DNA of 58,018 nt from an uncultured virus (IMG/VR IMGVR_UViG_3300035670_013234) (taxonomy: Duplodnaviria; Heunggongvirae; Uroviricota; Caudoviricetes). Numbering within the stretch: position 1 is the stretch's first letter; each line of letters opens with the position of its first letter. The translations under genes and the position numbers were made by a program. The notes beneath the pieces are model-generated. The model saw only the letters and a list, made by a program, of their open reading frames with translations, searched no databases and was not told where the DNA came from. Of this stretch, positions 55,382 through 58,018 are shown one piece after another. The stretch lies in IMG/VR virus record IMGVR_UViG_3300035670_013234. One strand, written 5' to 3'.

Positions 55382-58018
55382 TTATTGACTTGCCCAACTC
55401 ACCGTCACAGATCCTCCGCTAGCACCAGTACCAACAGTAATAGCTAAAAGTGCCCCAACGCTTATAGTCTTATTTATAGTTCTAATTCCATTACCTGGAG
55501 CCCCAAAGTCACCAACTCCTCCAGCACCACCAACTGTTGCGCCAGTTCCATTTGCACCAGCAGTACCAGCAGTGCCAGCAGCACCAGCATTACCAGCTTG
55601 ACTCGGCCAACTAGTTGGTGCCGCTCCACCTGGGTTTCCTGGTGTGGCACCAGTACCAGCTGCGCCATTTGTACCAGCAGTACCTGCAGTACCTGCTACT
55701 CCAGCTTGACTTGGCCAAGTTGTTGGAGCAGCACCACCTGAGTTTCCTGGTGTGGCACCAGTACCAGCTGCGCCATTCGTACCAGCAGTACCTGCAGTAC
55801 CTGCTACTCCAGCTTTACCAGTCCAGTTTGTTGGTGCTGCTCCTCCTGGATTACCAGAAGTTGCACCAGTACCAGCTGCTCCGTTTGTGCCAGCAGTACC
55901 TGCAGTACCAGCAACTCCAGCTTTACCAGTCCAGTTTGTTGGTGCTGCTCCTCCTGGATTACCAGAAGTTGCTCCAGTACCAGCTGCGCCATTCGTACCA
56001 GCAGTACCTGCAGTACCTGCTACTCCAGCTTTACCAGTCCAGTTTGTTGGTGCTGCGCCCCCAGAAGTTGCTCCAGTACCAGCAGCACCTGTTGTTCCAG
56101 CATTTCCTGGACCTCCTGCTCCGCCAGAACCCCCTGGGTTGGCTGAACCAGGACCAACTGCACCAGTGCCAGCTCCACCAGCAGATCCAACATTTGATCC
56201 ACCAGTACCAGCAGTTCCAGCTACTCCGCCACTTCCAGAGAAATAAGATGTTGTGGGTGTAGGAAAACCTGTGACAGATATACCATAACCACCGCCTGCG
56301 CCGCCACCACCTCCACCGCCACTACCAACTCCCCCTGAGGTTCCAACTCCTCCTGGATTTCCAGCAGTTCCAGCGTTCCCGCCAGGTCCAAAGGCACCGT
56401 TGGTTCCTGCTGTTCCTGGGTTACCAGCAGCACCTTTAGTTCCTGGATTTCCAGCAGCACCAGCAGTTCCAGCATTACCTCCTGGACCAAACGCCCCATT
56501 GGTTCCTGCTGTTCCTGGGTTACCAGCAGCACCTTGAGTTCCTGGATTTCCAGCAGCACCAGCAGTTCCAGCGTTCCCGCCAGGTCCAAAGGCACCGTTG
56601 GTTCCTGCTGTTCCTGGGTTACCAGCAGCACCTTGAGTTCCTGGGTTTCCTGCTGCACCAGCAGTTCCAGCAGTTCCACCAGGTCCAAATGCTCCATTGG
56701 TTCCAGGATTACCAGCGTTTCCTGCGCCACCTTGCGTTCCTGGGTTTCCTGCTGCACCAGCATTACCTGCTGTACCTCCTGGACCGAAAGCACCACCTTC
56801 CCCATTATTTCCTGGATTTCCTGGGTTTCCAGCAGTACCTGGGTTGCCAGCATTACCAGCATTACCAGCAGCGCCGCCTGCACCGCCAAAAAAAGTTATA
56901 CTAGTTAATGTTGTTCCTGTAGATTGAACTACTGATGATGGATTTCCTGGGATACCAGCCGTTCCTGCACCCCCAACACTTCCATCTTTACCGCTCCAAG
57001 AAGTAGGAGCTGCTCCTCCTGAGGTAGCGCCAGTACCAGCAGTACCAGGGCTACCACTAGCTCCTACGCTACCAGCAGAACCAGCAGATCCAGATTGACT
57101 TGGCCAAGTTGTTGGAGCAGCACCACCTGGGTTACCAGAAGTTGCTCCAGTACCAGCTGCGCCATTTGTACCAGCGGAACCAGCAGTACCTGCTACTCCA
57201 GCTTTGCTTGGCCAAGTTGTTGGAGCAGCACCACCTGGGTTACCAGAAGTTGCTCCAGTACCAGCTGCGCCATTTGTACCAGCAGTACCTGCAGTACCAG
57301 CAACTCCAGCTTTACCAGTCCAGTTTGTTGGTGCTGCTCCACCTGGGTTACCCGAAGTTGCTCCAGTACCAGCAGTTCCATTTGTTCCTGCAGAACCTGC
57401 CGATCCTGCTGCACCAGCTTTGCTTGGCCAATTAGTTGGTGCTGCTCCTCCTGGATTACCAGAAGTTGCTCCAGTACCAGCTGCTCCGTTTGTACCAGCG
57501 GAACCAGCAGTACCTGCACCCCCTGGGCTGCCTGCTGTACCAGTACCACCGCCTCCTCCTCCGCCGCCTTCACCACCGCCACCGCCAGACCATGGCCCCC
57601 CATTACCAACGCTACCACCAGGTCCACCATTTCCACCACGGCCACCACCTGGAGTTCCTGCATTTCCTGCTGTGGATCCACCAGCACCGCCTGCACTAGT
57701 GTTCGAAGTTAGCCCTGATGCGCCAGCATTACCTGGATTTCCTGACGGCGTGGCACCAGCGCCACCAGTGCCTCCGCCACCACCAGATCCTGCTCCTCCT
57801 ACAAATCCATTACTTCCAGCTGAACCGCCATTCCCACCACTGCCGCCCGAGCCTCCAGCACCGCCAGCGCCGCCTGCACCGTTAGTTCCTGGGTTACCTG
57901 CAGCTCCTTGAGTTCCTGGATTTCCAGCAGCACCAGCAGTTCCAGCAGTTCCACCAGGTCCAAATGCTCCATTGGTTCCAGGATTACCAGCATTACCTGC
58001 AGCTCCTTGGTTTCCAGG
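55382..58018 (-). CDS. Giant Gly-X-Y repeat protein (collagen-like or polyglycine/polyproline II bundle), 5' end outside window
   Basis: Not in ORF track. Frame starting at 58018 reads PGNQGAAGNAGNPGTNGAFG..., stays in register through the non-repetitive linkers I translated, and ends ITVGTGASGGSVTVSWASQ* at 55382 (878 aa in window). Confidence 0.9.
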   Translation of the reverse strand, partial: PGNQGAAGNAGNPGTNGAFGPGGTAGTAGAAGNPGTQGAAGNPGTNGAGGAGGAGGSGGSGGNGGSAGSNGFVGGAGSGGGGGTGGAGATPSGNPGNAGASGLTSNTSAGGAGGSTAGNAGTPGGGRGGNGGPGGSVGNGGPWSGGGGGEGGGGGGGGTGTAGSPGGAGTAGSAGTNGAAGTGATSGNPGGAAPTNWPSKAGAAGSAGSAGTNGTAGTGATSGNPGGAAPTNWTGKAGVAGTAGTAGTNGAAGTGATSGNPGGAAPTTWPSKAGVAGTAGSAGTNGAAGTGATSGNPGGAAPTTWPSQSGSAGSAGSVGASGSPGTAGTGATSGGAAPTSWSGKDGSVGGAGTAGIPGNPSSVVQSTGTTLTSITFFGGAGGAAGNAGNAGNPGTAGNPGNPGNNGEGGAFGPGGTAGNAGAAGNPGTQGGAGNAGNPGTNGAFGPGGTAGTAGAAGNPGTQGAAGNPGTAGTNGAFGPGGNAGTAGAAGNPGTQGAAGNPGTAGTNGAFGPGGNAGTAGAAGNPGTKGAAGNPGTAGTNGAFGPGGNAGTAGNPGGVGTSGGVGSGGGGGGGAGGGYGISVTGFPTPTTSYFSGSGGVAGTAGTGGSNVGSAGGAGTGAVGPGSANPGGSGGAGGPGNAGTTGAAGTGATSGGAAPTNWTGKAGVAGTAGTAGTNGAAGTGATSGNPGGAAPTNWTGKAGVAGTAGTAGTNGAAGTGATSGNPGGAAPTNWTGKAGVAGTAGTAGTNGAAGTGATPGNSGGAAPTTWPSQAGVAGTAGTAGTNGAAGTGATPGNPGGAAPTSWPSQAGNAGAAGTAGTAGANGTGATVGGAGGVGDFGAPGNGIRTINKTISVGALLAITVGTGASGGSVTVSWASQ
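55471..55478 (-). promoter_or_regulatory. Late promoter embedded in 3' end of the repeat gene
   Basis: Perfect TATAAATA 100 nt upstream of ATG 55371. Confidence 0.6.
55560..58018 (-). repeat. Hierarchical tandem repeats: 108-bp (36-aa) and 99-bp (33-aa) units
   Basis: GAAPTNWTGKAGVAGTAGTAGTNGAAGTGATSGNPG units (~55560-56090, ~57095-57520) and GTNGAFGPGGNAGTAGAAGNPGTQGAAGNPGTA units (~56350-56800, ~57880-58018). Confidence 0.9.

Noticed and set aside
55560..57520. Regularly spaced direct repeats resembling a CRISPR array
   Set aside because: Units are in-frame 99/108-bp coding repeats with no unique spacers, and no cas genes are present
55474..57993. Pro/Ala/Val-rich + strand ORFs and Leu/Gln-rich alternative-frame ORFs
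   Set aside because: Shadows of the Gly-X-Y gene on the minus strand (GGN codons read as Pro on the opposite strand); no independent signals

Overview
A 58-kb window of a T4-like (Tevenvirinae/Kyanoviridae-style gene order) myovirus genome, all genes on the minus strand. In transcription order (right to left) it holds three blocks. (i) 58018-54062: a giant Gly-X-Y repeat protein (5' end outside the window, not in the ORF track), followed by a dUTPase-fold-like protein and a 2OG-Fe(II) oxygenase. (ii) 54021-20839: a ~33-kb island of fibre/adhesin genes (Gln-rich collagen stalks, beta-propellers, beta-helix, polysaccharide-lyase-like, LamG, C1q-like and polyglycine domains, two chaperone-like ORFs and a methyltransferase). 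(iii) 20801-1: the conserved core gp13-14-15-16-17-18-19-20-67-(orf)-68-21-22-23-3-uvsY-(insert)-uvsW-(orf)-55-(orf)-47-46. T4-type late promoters (TATAAATA and variants), two intrinsic terminators and two sigma70-like promoters are visible. Three observations stand out. First, an 80-bp structured element bounded by two convergent late promoters sits over the ribosome-binding site of a nuclease-less homing-endonuclease-like gene between uvsY and uvsW. Second, a GNP-rich repeat protein is coupled to a prolyl-hydroxylase-like enzyme. Third, four 'stalk + tip' fibre cassettes share docking motifs. All protein assignments come from motifs and synteny read by eye; no database search was run.
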